Below, piece after piece: positions 54,634-64,000 of a stretch of DNA of 64,000 nucleotides (within the stretch, counting starts at the first letter, position 1; each line of letters opens with the position of its first letter). Origin of the DNA: Acidobacteriota bacterium (GTDB taxonomy: Bacteria; Acidobacteriota; Blastocatellia; HR10). The translations under genes and the position numbers were made by a program. The notes beneath the pieces were generated by a model. It worked only from the letters and a program-made list of their open reading frames with translations, had not been told where the DNA came from and did not search any database. Location of the stretch: the NCBI GenBank assembly GCA_030550025.1, contig JAUQQC010000002.1:326058-390057 (forward strand). The letters run 5' to 3'.

Positions 54634-57600
54634 TCAGAATTCGAACCGGAAGCCGAACTGAATCGCGCGCGGCCCTCCGAATTGCGACGTGATTACGCCG
54701 AAGGCCGCGGGATTCAAAAGGCTCAAGCCGGGATCGTTGAACTCCACATGATTGAAGGCGTTGATCAGGTCGAAGGAGAAGACCACTCGCGCGCTCTCGG
54801 TGATCGCCGTCTTCTTCCCAATCGAGAGGTCCACATTCCACCGAGGCAAACCGCGCAGTACGCCGCGTCCGTGGCGTCCGTCCTGACTGATCAGGACGTG
54901 ACGGAAACTTCGGAAGACCTCCTCCGGATTGGCGAAGAGGTTGAGCCCTGAGCCTCTGCGCGCCGGATCGCCGGTGACGCCCACGCCTCCAGAGCCCACG
55001 ACCCCACGCTGCACGGAGTTTCCGAAATTCGGTTTCCGGATCGGGATCGCTCCCGCCGTGATCGCGAAGTTCAGCGGGTCTCCGCCGAAAACTTGCGCGT
55101 GTTGCCCCACGGTCAAAGGCAAGCCACTGTTCGCCGTGAAGATGCCCGAGAGGTACCATCCGCCGATGAACTTGTCCGCTGCTCCAGCAGCGCTCCATCG
55201 CCGCCCACGCCCAAAGGGCAGGTCATAGGTCCAAAACGCATTGAGTGTGTGCCGACGATCGAAGAGCGCCGGACCATAGTCCAAATTGAGATCGAACCCG
55301 TTCGAGTTGACGCCGATGTACTCTTGATTCAACCCGTACTGATCGAGCGCTTGGGAGAGCGTGTAGTTCACCGAGAAGGCGAGCCCGTGAGAGAAGCGCT
55401 TGGTCACGCTGATGAAGCCCGCGTGGTAATTGGAGCGGCCGCCGCTGATGCGCACCCACAAGTCCAACACCTGCATGTTCGTGATGGGACCGGCCGGACG
55501 TTGGAGATTGATGAGGTTGAACAAGGCGTTCAGCTGTCCCTGTTGAAAGGCCGTGGCCCGTGCAGCCGCAAGCGCTGCCGTGCACGTACCCGGAGTGGGG
55601 CATAAGGCGCTCCCCCTCAGTTGGTTCTCGAACCAAGGTTGCGGGGTCACAGCGCTCGGCGCAGTTCCAGCCCGCAACTGCTGGGCCACAGCGTCGAACG
55701 CTTGAGCGAACGTCTGTCCCGAGGCCGGATCCTTCATGAAGTACGGGACGGAGCTGAGTTGCACGCTCTGGGGGAGATTACGGCCAAGGCGTCCCACGTA
55801 CCCGATCTCCAAGATCATGTTGCCCGGTAGCTCGCGCTGCATCGTGAGATCCAAGCTGTGCGATTTGCCGATCGTATACTTCGGGTCGATCGAGAAGGAG
55901 AGCGTCTCCTCGAAAGGCGTTCGCGGGACCACAGGAGAAGACGCCGGTCCGACCGCGGGCAGAGGCACGGTCGCTCCATCCACTCCCACTCGGAAGGCGT
56001 TGGTGAGATCGTTGCTCCCGGGGCACGTCCCATCTCTTCGCGGGCCGATACAGGTGATCGTTTGGGCGAATCCGACTCCCAGGATGGGGATCATGATGAT
56101 GCCCACCCCATTGACACGATCGAAGGTCAAGGAATATCCGCCACGCCAGACAGTCTTGCGATCTCCGAAGAGCTTCCCCCAAAATCCCCCTGAGAATGAA
56201 GGGTTCCACGCAACGGCCACTCGCGGCCCTACATTGTTCCAGTCGATGTCATAGATGTACTTGCGATTGGATTTCGCGATCGGCAGATAAGCGAGCACCG
56301 GATCATACACCTGGCCTTGAAGAGCTGCCGTTCGTCGGCGGCCGAAGTAGAGTTCGGCCGAGAGCACTTCGCCCGTGTCGCGGTCGATGATGAGCGTCTG
56401 CTTATCGTTCTTATCGCGCGGCGGAGTTTGCACATTGTAGGTCACACCCATCGAGAGAGTGAGCGAAGGCGTCACGCGCCACGTGTCATTGGCGTAAAAC
56501 TCAACGGCGTGGAAGGTCGAATCAATGAAGAGCGGAGTTCCGATGGGGAGAGGATTCAGGTTCCCATCTCGTGCGATCAGTACGCCCGCCTTATCCACGA
56601 CGCCTAAAGCGCCCGCGAGCAGGTCATTCCACCGCCCGACGTCAGCCGAGCGCAAGCAGTTCGTCGTGATGTTTCCCCCGCAAGTCGGTGGGCGATTGGC
56701 AGCGGGGACCGTCACGGCCGTTCGCGCGTTCAATTCGTAGACGAGCGAAGCGAGCGAGCCAACGACCTTATCGTCCCGTTGATGAAAGACCGGCATGCGC
56801 CGCCACATCCCGCCGAATTGAAGGGTATGCGCGCCCTTGGTCCACGTCATGTTATCGCCAAACTGCCATACGTGGTCCTTCCAGACACGGCTTCGAGCCC
56901 GCTGCGTGTCCACATCAAGGCCTTGATCCAAATCACCAAGAGCGATCATCAGCGCGCCGCTCGTTCCGGGGACCTGAGGGAAAGGCGCCACGCGCTTATA
57001 GGCCCACCAGTTGCGCGCGAAGCCGAAGATGAACTCGTTCACCAATGTCGGAGTGATCTGTCCCGTGAGTCGAGCGCTGACGAATCGGGGCTCCACGGGT
57101 GTCGAAGCCGTCGGAATCGCCTGTCCGCGCGGATTCCCCTTGACGATTCCCGCGATGTCCAGTTGCGTGACGTCCAGGACTTCTTGCGAGCTATAACGGT
57201 ACGTCCCGTAGAATCGCCAATTGGGGCTGAAGTAGTGATCCAGCCGGACGACCGCGAAGTCCATCGTCAGGGGCGCTCGAGCGGCCGCCCGAAATCCCAT
57301 AGTGTTCAAGCCATCCCCCACTGTCGGATCGTTCCCCTCCGGCAGACGGTTCCATAGCTCGCGCACCACAGGACTCATCCCCAAGCCGCGGGGATCGAAA
57401 TCCTTCACGTTGTAGCTCACCACATTTCCCGCGGCGTCGCGGAATCGCAAGATGCCCTGCCGCAGCGTCGCCGTCGGGACCATGCGCAAGACGCTCACGG
57501 ATTGGGGCAACCGCCGCCCTTCATAGTGGCCGAAGATGAACGTCCGGTCCTTCACAATAGGACCACCGGCTGAGAATCCGAACCGATTGTCCTTCAATTC

Positions 57601-58488
57601 CGGCTCCTTAATGCCTACGCGATTGAACTCCCACCGGTTCGCGTTGAGCTGATCGTTCTGGTGGTACCAATAGGCCGATCCGTGCAGTTCGTTGGTGCCG
57701 CGCTTCGTGACCAGACTCACTTGACCGCCCGCCGAACGTCCGAAGGTGGCGTTGGGATTCGTCGTTCCCACGCGGAACTCTTCGATGCTCTCGGCTGGGA
57801 CGGGGATCATCGGCGTCGGCCCGACCCAATCGATGGCCCCTGATGTATAGTTGCTCGTTCCGGCGACGAGGTCCGTCGCATCCGCACCGTCCAGATTGAA
57901 CGTGCTCTGATCGCTTCGAGCTCCAGCGACTTGGCCGCCGGAGTTCACGCCAACCCCACGATGAGGTTGCACCAGCGGTTGAAGCGTGAAGAGCGCAATC
58001 GAGCTGCGATTAATTGTCGGCAGGCGCAGGAGCTGTTCCCCACCAATGGTTGTCCCGACGGTAGCATCCAACGTTTGCAGCTCAACGCCCGCTCCCGCTG
58101 TGACCTCGACGACTTCCGCGATCTGGCCGATTTCCAAAGTCAAGTTCACCTGATAAGACTTCGCCACGTCCACTTTGAGGGAAGGGATGACCGCTTGGCG
58201 GAAGCCCGGCATGCTGGCCGTGATCTTGTATACTCCCGGCAAGACCGCCGTGAAGACATAGTGTCCAGCTTCATTAGTCGTCTGCTTGCGCACTCGATTG
58301 GTGGCCAAATCCACCAACTCGATTGACGCTCCGGCAAGGACGGCCCCGGTGGGATCGGTCACGACTCCGGTGATGGTCGCCGTCGCCGCCGTCTGCCCAA
58401 GACTCGATACGGGGAGATTAGTGATAAGCAGCCCCACACCTAAAAGCAAGCTTATACCACACCGCATTAGGTTGCGCTTTCCTTGCAT
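54634..58488 (-). CDS. TonB-dependent outer-membrane receptor with N-terminal carboxypeptidase-regulatory-like domain (1284 aa)
   Basis: Signal peptide; CarboxypepD_reg-like ITGVVTDPTGAVLAGASIELV...AGHYVF; plug region; long beta-barrel ending in the aromatic FGFRFEF C-terminus. Confidence 0.9.
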   Translation of the reverse strand: MQGKRNLMRCGISLLLGVGLLITNLPVSSLGQTAATATITGVVTDPTGAVLAGASIELVDLATNRVRKQTTNEAGHYVFTAVLPGVYKITASMPGFRQAVIPSLKVDVAKSYQVNLTLEIGQIAEVVEVTAGAGVELQTLDATVGTTIGGEQLLRLPTINRSSIALFTLQPLVQPHRGVGVNSGGQVAGARSDQSTFNLDGADATDLVAGTSNYTSGAIDWVGPTPMIPVPAESIEEFRVGTTNPNATFGRSAGGQVSLVTKRGTNELHGSAYWYHQNDQLNANRWEFNRVGIKEPELKDNRFGFSAGGPIVKDRTFIFGHYEGRRLPQSVSVLRMVPTATLRQGILRFRDAAGNVVSYNVKDFDPRGLGMSPVVRELWNRLPEGNDPTVGDGLNTMGFRAAARAPLTMDFAVVRLDHYFSPNWRFYGTYRYSSQEVLDVTQLDIAGIVKGNPRGQAIPTASTPVEPRFVSARLTGQITPTLVNEFIFGFARNWWAYKRVAPFPQVPGTSGALMIALGDLDQGLDVDTQRARSRVWKDHVWQFGDNMTWTKGAHTLQFGGMWRRMPVFHQRDDKVVGSLASLVYELNARTAVTVPAANRPPTCGGNITTNCLRSADVGRWNDLLAGALGVVDKAGVLIARDGNLNPLPIGTPLFIDSTFHAVEFYANDTWRVTPSLTLSMGVTYNVQTPPRDKNDKQTLIIDRDTGEVLSAELYFGRRRTAALQGQVYDPVLAYLPIAKSNRKYIYDIDWNNVGPRVAVAWNPSFSGGFWGKLFGDRKTVWRGGYSLTFDRVNGVGIIMIPILGVGFAQTITCIGPRRDGTCPGSNDLTNAFRVGVDGATVPLPAVGPASSPVVPRTPFEETLSFSIDPKYTIGKSHSLDLTMQRELPGNMILEIGYVGRLGRNLPQSVQLSSVPYFMKDPASGQTFAQAFDAVAQQLRAGTAPSAVTPQPWFENQLRGSALCPTPGTCTAALAAARATAFQQGQLNALFNLINLQRPAGPITNMQVLDLWVRISGGRSNYHAGFISVTKRFSHGLAFSVNYTLSQALDQYGLNQEYIGVNSNGFDLNLDYGPALFDRRHTLNAFWTYDLPFGRGRRWSAAGAADKFIGGWYLSGIFTANSGLPLTVGQHAQVFGGDPLNFAITAGAIPIRKPNFGNSVQRGVVGSGGVGVTGDPARRGSGLNLFANPEEVFRSFRHVLISQDGRHGRGVLRGLPRWNVDLSIGKKTAITESARVVFSFDLINAFNHVEFNDPGLSLLNPAAFGVITSQFGGPRAIQFGFRFEF

Positions 58489-58523
58489 AGCCTCCCTCCT
58501 AAGTTTGAGCTTAATCGGCCGCT

Positions 58524-58552
58524 ATTATAAGGCAAGCCTCATTCCAAAGCAA
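58524..58552 (-). promoter_or_regulatory. Candidate sigma70-type promoter for the TonB-dependent receptor gene (TTGCTT-N17-TATAAT, minus strand)
   Basis: Minus-strand TATAAT at ~58524-58529 and TTGCTT at ~58547-58552, inside a 189-bp AT-rich island; GGAGGGAGG Shine-Dalgarno before the start codon. Confidence 0.4.
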
Positions 58553-58677
58553 GTGGGTATGTGGTGGGGCTGAGAATGTTCGATCGTTACAAAAAAATTG
58601 CATAAAATCTGTATAAAAATGTTGATGGCAAACCGACCGACCTGTGCTTGGTCCCTATCTCCTCTAGACTGATGGGC

Positions 58678-60414
58678 TTACTCTTCCCGTTGTCGCGCGA
58701 TCTCGCCCAGGCTCGCAATGCGTCCGGTGTCTTCGCCGATCATGTAGGCAGGTTCACGATCGCGGCGAGCGGCGCGCGCTGAGAGCGCGATGCGTCGGCC
58801 TTCGGGATCCAGACGCAGGATGCGGAAATCCAATTCTTCGCCGATCCGGACGGCGTCCTCGGGCTTCTCAATGTGCTCCTCGGAGAGCTCGGAGATGTGA
58901 CAGAGGCCTTCGACGCCACCGACGTCCACGAAGGCGCCGAAGTCGGCAAGGCGCACGACCTTCCCGCGGACGATCTCGCCTACGCGGTGCGTGTTGAAGA
59001 ACTCCTCCCATGGATCGGGCTCCAACTCTTTCATCGAAAGCCCCAGACGCCGCGCGTTCACATCCAGTTCCTTGACAATGGCTTCGACCTCTTGGCCCTT
59101 CTTCAAGACCTCTGAGGGATGCTTCACGCGCCGCCGCGAGATATCGGAGACGTGGACCAGGCCTTCGATCCCCTTCTCGACCTCGACGAAGGCACCGAAG
59201 TCCGTGATCCCGCGCACGCGGCCGCGCACGCGCGTGCCGATGGAATGAGTCTCAGCGAAGAGCCGCCACGGATCCGGCTGCAGTTGTCGCAGGCTCAAGC
59301 TGAGCCGGCGATTCTGCGCGTCCACCTGTAGGACTTCTACCACCACCTCATCTCCGACGGCCACATACTTCGATGGATGTTTCGGACGCTTCTCCCAGGT
59401 CAGCTCGGAAGCGTGGATTAATCCCTCGATGCCATCCTCGACTTCCACGAAGGCCCCATAGTCGGTGACGCGCGTGATTTTCCCTTTGATGCGGGAACCT
59501 GGCGGCAAGCGTTCCGGGAGCGTATCCCAGGGATTGGGCCAAAGCTGCTTGTAACCGAGGTTGATGCGACCCGTCTCCCGGTCAATTTTGAGGATCTTCA
59601 CCTGAATGATCTCGCCAACTTTGAAGACCTCCTTCGGATGGGCGATCTTCTTCCACGAGATGTCGGTGATATGAAGGAGGCCATCAATTCCTCCGATGTC
59701 CACGAAGGCGCCGTAGTCGGCCAAGCTCTTGATGCGTCCTTCGACGACGTATCCCTCGTCCAGTTGACTGAGGATCTCCGCGCGGCGCCGCGCTTCTTCC
59801 TCTTCAAGGAGGGCGCGGCGGGAGAGGACGATGTTGTTCTGTCGCCGATTGACCTTAATGACCTTGGCTTCGATTTCCCGACCCTTCCAAGCCTCCAGAT
59901 TGCGGACCTGTCGCAAGTCCACCTGGCTCGCGGGCAGGAAGGCGTCCACGCCTCCTAGGTTGACTTTCAGTCCCCCTTTGATGCGTTCGGTGATGCGTCC
60001 TTTGATCGGCGCGCCCGTCTTGACGGCGCGAGTGATGGTTTCCCACACGAGCTTGCGTTGCGCTTCGGCGTAGGAGAGCTTCACATAGCCATCCGGGCTT
60101 TCGAGCTGCTTCACGATGACGGGGATCTCATCGCCGATGGTGATCTCCTTCAGACTGAGCCGCAACTCTTCGGTGGGGATGGCCCCTTCCGTCTTATAGC
60201 CGATGTCCACGAGCGTCACGTCTTCGCCGATCGTGAGCACTTTACCCGTAAGTCTTTGGCCGACCGTCAGAGTTGTCGTCGTTTGTTCTTCGAGAGACCC
60301 AAGCAGTTCTCCAAAACTCTCACCCGGCACGGTGGGCTCGGGGTCACTCGGTGCCGGAGGCACGCCCAATGAATGGGCCTCGGTCACCGGTTGATCCATA
60401 TTGTTCACATCCAT
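58678..60414 (-). CDS. rpsA: 30S ribosomal protein S1
   Basis: Six S1 (OB) domains with repeating G(A/D)FV(E/D)(I/V)...GL(I/L)H signatures; likely start MDQPVTE at 60399. Confidence 0.95.
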   Translation of the reverse strand: MDVNNMDQPVTEAHSLGVPPAPSDPEPTVPGESFGELLGSLEEQTTTTLTVGQRLTGKVLTIGEDVTLVDIGYKTEGAIPTEELRLSLKEITIGDEIPVIVKQLESPDGYVKLSYAEAQRKLVWETITRAVKTGAPIKGRITERIKGGLKVNLGGVDAFLPASQVDLRQVRNLEAWKGREIEAKVIKVNRRQNNIVLSRRALLEEEEARRRAEILSQLDEGYVVEGRIKSLADYGAFVDIGGIDGLLHITDISWKKIAHPKEVFKVGEIIQVKILKIDRETGRINLGYKQLWPNPWDTLPERLPPGSRIKGKITRVTDYGAFVEVEDGIEGLIHASELTWEKRPKHPSKYVAVGDEVVVEVLQVDAQNRRLSLSLRQLQPDPWRLFAETHSIGTRVRGRVRGITDFGAFVEVEKGIEGLVHVSDISRRRVKHPSEVLKKGQEVEAIVKELDVNARRLGLSMKELEPDPWEEFFNTHRVGEIVRGKVVRLADFGAFVDVGGVEGLCHISELSEEHIEKPEDAVRIGEELDFRILRLDPEGRRIALSARAARRDREPAYMIGEDTGRIASLGEIARQREE

Positions 60415-60535
60415 CGCGATCGCCTCTTACTCCTGGTGTCAGGATGGCCAATGATGCGAGTGCAAAATCTACTATTTCGGTTTCGGCTTTGTCAAGCGAC
60501 GTGGGCGGGCGTGCGGGTTGGCGTCTCGAAATCGC

Positions 60536-61165
60536 TCAGGATGAAGCTTCCGCGCGGGTTGCGATTTCGCGCGCGACCTCTTCCCATCGGGCGATGCGGG
60601 CTCCCGCCTCAGCCATCTCTTGTAGCGCGCGTTCGGAATCGCCCGGTACAAGGTCCACGCCGCGGATCGCATCCTCGAGGACAGTCACCTGAAATCCCTC
60701 GCGTCGCGCATCCAAGACCGTGTGGCGCACACAATAATCGGTGGCGACGCCACCGACGTAGAGGTGCTCGATCCCACGCGCTTTCAACTCCTCGGCGAAG
60801 GCGCGTCCATCGGCCGTCTGGCCTTGGAAGCCCGAATAACTGTCTTCGTTCGGATCCATCCCCTTCGAGATGATGATCGTCTCCGGTGGGAGGTTCAAAT
60901 CGGGATGGAATTCAGCGCCGCGCGTGCCTTGCACGCAGTGCGGTGGCCACACGCCCCCGTAGGCCTGGAAATGTCGAGTCTGCTCGGGATGCCAATCGCG
61001 CGTCGCATAGATCGGCAGACCCGCTCGATGAAAGAGATCAATATACTGGTTGAGGGCCGGAATGATCCGATCTCCTTCCGGCACGGCGAGCGATCCGCCC
61101 GGCAGGAAATCATTCTGCACATCCACGAGCACGAGTGCCTTTCGAGCCGACATACTGGTCATCAC
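60536..61165 (-). CDS. Isochorismatase-family hydrolase (nicotinamidase PncA-like)
   Basis: ALVLVDVQNDF...GVATDYCV Asp-Lys-Cys triad motifs. Confidence 0.85.
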   Translation of the reverse strand: MMTSMSARKALVLVDVQNDFLPGGSLAVPEGDRIIPALNQYIDLFHRAGLPIYATRDWHPEQTRHFQAYGGVWPPHCVQGTRGAEFHPDLNLPPETIIISKGMDPNEDSYSGFQGQTADGRAFAEELKARGIEHLYVGGVATDYCVRHTVLDARREGFQVTVLEDAIRGVDLVPGDSERALQEMAEAGARIARWEEVAREIATRAEASS

Positions 61166-61242
61166 CTCCTTTCCGACCTCGCTGGTGCCATCTTGGATTT
61201 TAAAGCCAAAGCCGAGGATCGTCCATGCGGCGGCTCAACTCC

Positions 61243-62511
61243 TCACGCCGAGGGGGACGACTCCGGCGCGCGTTCGCCGTCGGACTGGCCGAAGCGCGCG
61301 CGAATGTAGTCCTCCAGGATGCGGAGGAAATCGGCCACAAGCGTCGGTCCGCGCAACGTCGCGACCAGTTGGCCATCGGCGAAGACCGGCGCTTTCGGCT
61401 CTTCGCCCGTGCCCGGGAGTGAGATCCCGATGTCCGCCTGTTTGGATTCGCCCGGACCGTTGACGACGCAACCCATGACGGCGATGCGCAGATTCTCGAT
61501 CCCCGGATAGCAACGACGCCACTCGGGCATCCGGCGATGGAGGTAGGTTTGGACCTCAGCCGCCATCTCTTGAAAGAAGGTGCTCGTCGTGCGCCCACAT
61601 CCGGGGCAGGCCGAGACCTGCGGCGCGAAAGCGCGCAGGCCGAGCGTTTGCAAAATCTGCTGCGCGATGAAGACCTCCTCGCGCCGATCGCCGCCTGGGG
61701 CCGGCGTCACGCTCACGCGAATCGTGTCGCCGATCCCCTCGTAGAGGAGGATGCCAAGCGCCGTCGCCGAGGCGACGACGCCTTTGAGGCCCATACCGGC
61801 TTCGGTCAGGCCGATGTGCAAGGGATAGTCGCAGCGGGCGGCGAGCTGGCGGTTCACCTCGATCACGTCGAGGACCTCGGACGTCTTGACGCTCAGGATG
61901 ATGCGATCGTGCGGCATCCCATAGGCTTCGGCGCGGGCCGCCGAGTCAAGGGCGCTTCGGATCATCGCCTCGCGCATGACGGCGCGCGCGTCTTGCGGCT
62001 CAGGACGCCGGGCGTTCTCCTCCATCAATCGCGTCAGGAGCGCTTGATCGAGCGAGCCCCAATTCACGCCGATACGAATCGGCTTCTCATATTCCAAGGC
62101 AATCTCGATCATGCGGCGGAAATTCTCGTCTTGATGACGGCCGACGCCCACGTTCCCCGGATTAATGCGGTACTTGTCCAGCGCGCGCGCGCATTCGCGA
62201 TAGCGCGAGAGCAAGAGGTGGCCGTTGTAGTGGAAGTCCCCGATGATGGGGACGAAAACGCCGCGCTCGCGCACTCGCGCGACGATCTCCGGAACGGCGC
62301 GCGCGGCCGCTTCCGTGTTCACGGTGATGCGCACCAGTTCCGATCCCGCTTCCGCGAGAGCGACGATCTGCTCGACCGTCGCTGTCACATCGGCCGTCTC
62401 CGTGTTCGTCATCGACTGCACGGCGATTGGGTGATCGCCGCCGATCAGCACTTGGCCGACCCGAACGACGATCGAGCGCCGTCGCATTCGCGGGCCACCG
62501 AATCCCCTCAT
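61243..62511 (-). CDS. ispG: 4-hydroxy-3-methylbut-2-en-1-yl diphosphate synthase (flavodoxin), IspG/GcpE
   Basis: [21 protein letters not shown]-terminus; ACPGCGRT and CVVNGPGE cluster cysteines; ATG at 62487 (MRRRSIVV) is an alternative start. Confidence 0.93.
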   Translation of the reverse strand: MRGFGGPRMRRRSIVVRVGQVLIGGDHPIAVQSMTNTETADVTATVEQIVALAEAGSELVRITVNTEAAARAVPEIVARVRERGVFVPIIGDFHYNGHLLLSRYRECARALDKYRINPGNVGVGRHQDENFRRMIEIALEYEKPIRIGVNWGSLDQALLTRLMEENARRPEPQDARAVMREAMIRSALDSAARAEAYGMPHDRIILSVKTSEVLDVIEVNRQLAARCDYPLHIGLTEAGMGLKGVVASATALGILLYEGIGDTIRVSVTPAPGGDRREEVFIAQQILQTLGLRAFAPQVSACPGCGRTTSTFFQEMAAEVQTYLHRRMPEWRRCYPGIENLRIAVMGCVVNGPGESKQADIGISLPGTGEEPKAPVFADGQLVATLRGPTLVADFLRILEDYIRARFGQSDGERAPESSPSA

Positions 62512-63119
62512 AGTGCATGCTCATTCTACCGGAACGCGCTCCCGAAGGGAAGCGCGCGCTCAGCAAGGAGGTGTCGGCTCTGCGTGGCTGAATGGGAGCT
62601 GGACGAGGGATGGGGAGGAGTAGCGGGAAACAAGTAGGGAGGCGCTAGGGTAGCGCGTTGAGAGTGTGGCGCGAAGAAGCTGGCCCAAGGGGGACGAACG
62701 CCGACCAGGCCGGAGCTGGCCAGAGCGGTTGGGCATTGATGGGAAGAGAGCGTTGGGGTTCAGGGGATGGAGAGGCTAGTGGGGTATGCCCAGGCGGATC
62801 TCTTCTCGAATGTGGGACAGGAAGAACGAGCTAGTGTCCGGGTGGCCTTGCAGAGTGTGCGACCGATGTTGCAGACATGGGCGCAGCGGCAACTGGATCG
62901 GTTGGATCAGCAGTATCCAGAGGTGCGGTGTTCCGGATGCCGATGTCGGATGGAGCCGCTATACGGCCAAGGCATGGGCTCAAAGAGCGGCAACCGCACC
63001 CGCCTCTTGGAAAAGACGTATGTGTCGTGATTGGGAGAATGGTGGCCGTTTACCCTGTTCGTTTGGACTCAGCTGTTAAAGCTGGGCCTTGACTGAGCTG
63101 AGCGGCTGGTGGTGCCCGA

Positions 63120-63977
63120 GTGTGGATCGAAGTGGATCCGCTCGGTGTGCGCCTGGCTGAGGCTGCTGGTGTTGGTGTGTATCCTGTCAAGAAGCGGATA
63201 TGGGAGGTGGCCGCCGCTGATTTGGAGCCGGAAGCGTCGGGAGTGTATTATCGTTTGGGACTGGTGCTGGTGGAAATGGGCGATTCGGCTGGGCGATTGA
63301 CGAGTTCAAGCACACAGTGGAGCGCGACTCGCGCCATGCTGACGCTTACTTCCTGATGGCGGAGGAATATTTCACACTCGATGTCGTCGCTGCCTACGAG
63401 AAAGCAATTGTACTCTCCTCGGAGGATCGGGCCTATTCGCGGCGGCTGGCCAACGCCTGCTTCAGAATCTCCCGCGCCGAGGAGGTTTACCAAAAGGCGC
63501 TTCAGTGGGTCGATTCCAAGCGGGGAGAGCTGCATAATCGGCTATGCGCAGCGGGCGCAGGGCAAATTTAAAGAAGCAGTCACAAACTTTGAAAAGGAAC
63601 TCACCCTTCATCCCGATCACGTCGAATCGCTGGCCAGCCTGGGATATGCTCATCTGCAACTGGGGAATCTGGAAGAAGCGGAGCGGTATTCAAGGCGCGC
63701 CCTTGAACTCAGGCCAAATCACGTCGAGGCGCACTTGAATCTCAGGCAGGTCTATATGCGACAAAGGAAGTACGCCGAAGCGCAAGCGGCATTGCAACGG
63801 GCGATTGACCTGAAGCCAGATTATACTCAAGCGCATTATCAACTGTTTTTGGCCTACACGCGGAGCGGACAAAAGGGGCTGGCCGAGAAGGAGCCGGAGC
63901 TGTTCAAGGCGCTGGAGGAAGAGGACAAACGCGAACAGGCGCTGCGCCAACGGCGACGGCAAGCAAGGGAACCATGA
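63120..63977 (+). pseudogene. TPR-repeat gene disrupted by at least two frameshifts (frame 0 to 2 near 63290, frame 2 to 0 near 63530)
   Basis: TPR-like helices continue across three track ORFs in different frames (63120..63356, 63317..63571, 63381..63977); region GC is visibly lower than the rest of the window. Confidence 0.5.
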
Positions 63978-64000
63978 ACGATAAAAGATTGGGGACACGG

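Noticed and set aside
62560-62600. AAGGAGGTG followed by a tiny ORF upstream of ispG
   Set aside because: The GTG overlaps the Shine-Dalgarno sequence itself (zero spacing), and the next ATG is about 20 nt away. It is most likely a chance purine-rich tract in the ispG promoter region.
62767-63030. 87-aa ORF (MERLVGYAQADLF...) called as a gene
   Set aside because: It has no ribosome-binding site or motif, shows atypical composition, and competes with an overlapping frame-2 ORF. It is kept only as part of the low-GC region finding.

Overview
This is a GC-rich (roughly 65%) bacterial chromosomal segment with about 60 genes, mostly housekeeping and envelope functions. No rRNA, tRNA, CRISPR array, integrase or transposase was recognised in the window.

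Gene content in order:
- Nt 1-9798 holds a co-directional proteostasis block: dnaK (5'-truncated), an acidic coiled-coil ORF, a class-II dnaJ, clpB, htrA, a small ORF and ftsH.
- Nt 9875-14409 looks like one operon: a Memo/LigB-like domain fused to AMMECR1, a zinc-ribbon protein with a possible eRF1-like fold, a BshB-like deacetylase, CutA, IHF/HU and a HIT protein.
- Envelope and redox genes follow: a TPR protein, a PEGA protein, TlpA and YacG.
- Next come an orphan OmpR-type response regulator, an M24 peptidase, endonuclease III and the bacillithiol glycosyltransferase BshA.
- A partial futalosine menaquinone cluster is present (MqnE/C-type radical SAM enzyme, UbiA-type prenyltransferase, UbiX).
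- The shikimate genes aroB, aroA and aroK are interrupted by an antisense RsbW-RsbV partner-switching pair.
- Downstream are a GT4 glycosyltransferase, a YyaL plus APH-type kinase pair, HutI, an FG-GAP protein and a Lol-like ABC cluster.
- A second HtrA sits with a peptidoglycan-binding protein and an S2P/CBS protease.
- A Tat-exported molybdenum hydroxylase operon (FeS-Mo-FAD order) is flanked by small Cys-rich ORFs.
- The remainder comprises ThiE, a class-III aminotransferase, a large TonB-dependent receptor, rpsA, an isochorismatase/nicotinamidase and ispG.
- The last ~1.4 kb has lower GC and carries a TPR gene broken by two frameshifts.

Most worth follow-up: the Memo-AMMECR1 fusion operon with the eRF1-like zinc-ribbon protein, the acidic ORF sitting where grpE/dafA would be between dnaK and dnaJ, the small ORFs around the molybdenum hydroxylase, and a structured convergent intergenic region at 54412-54633. 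Coordinates of non-coding features are hand-counted and may be off by 1-2 nt.
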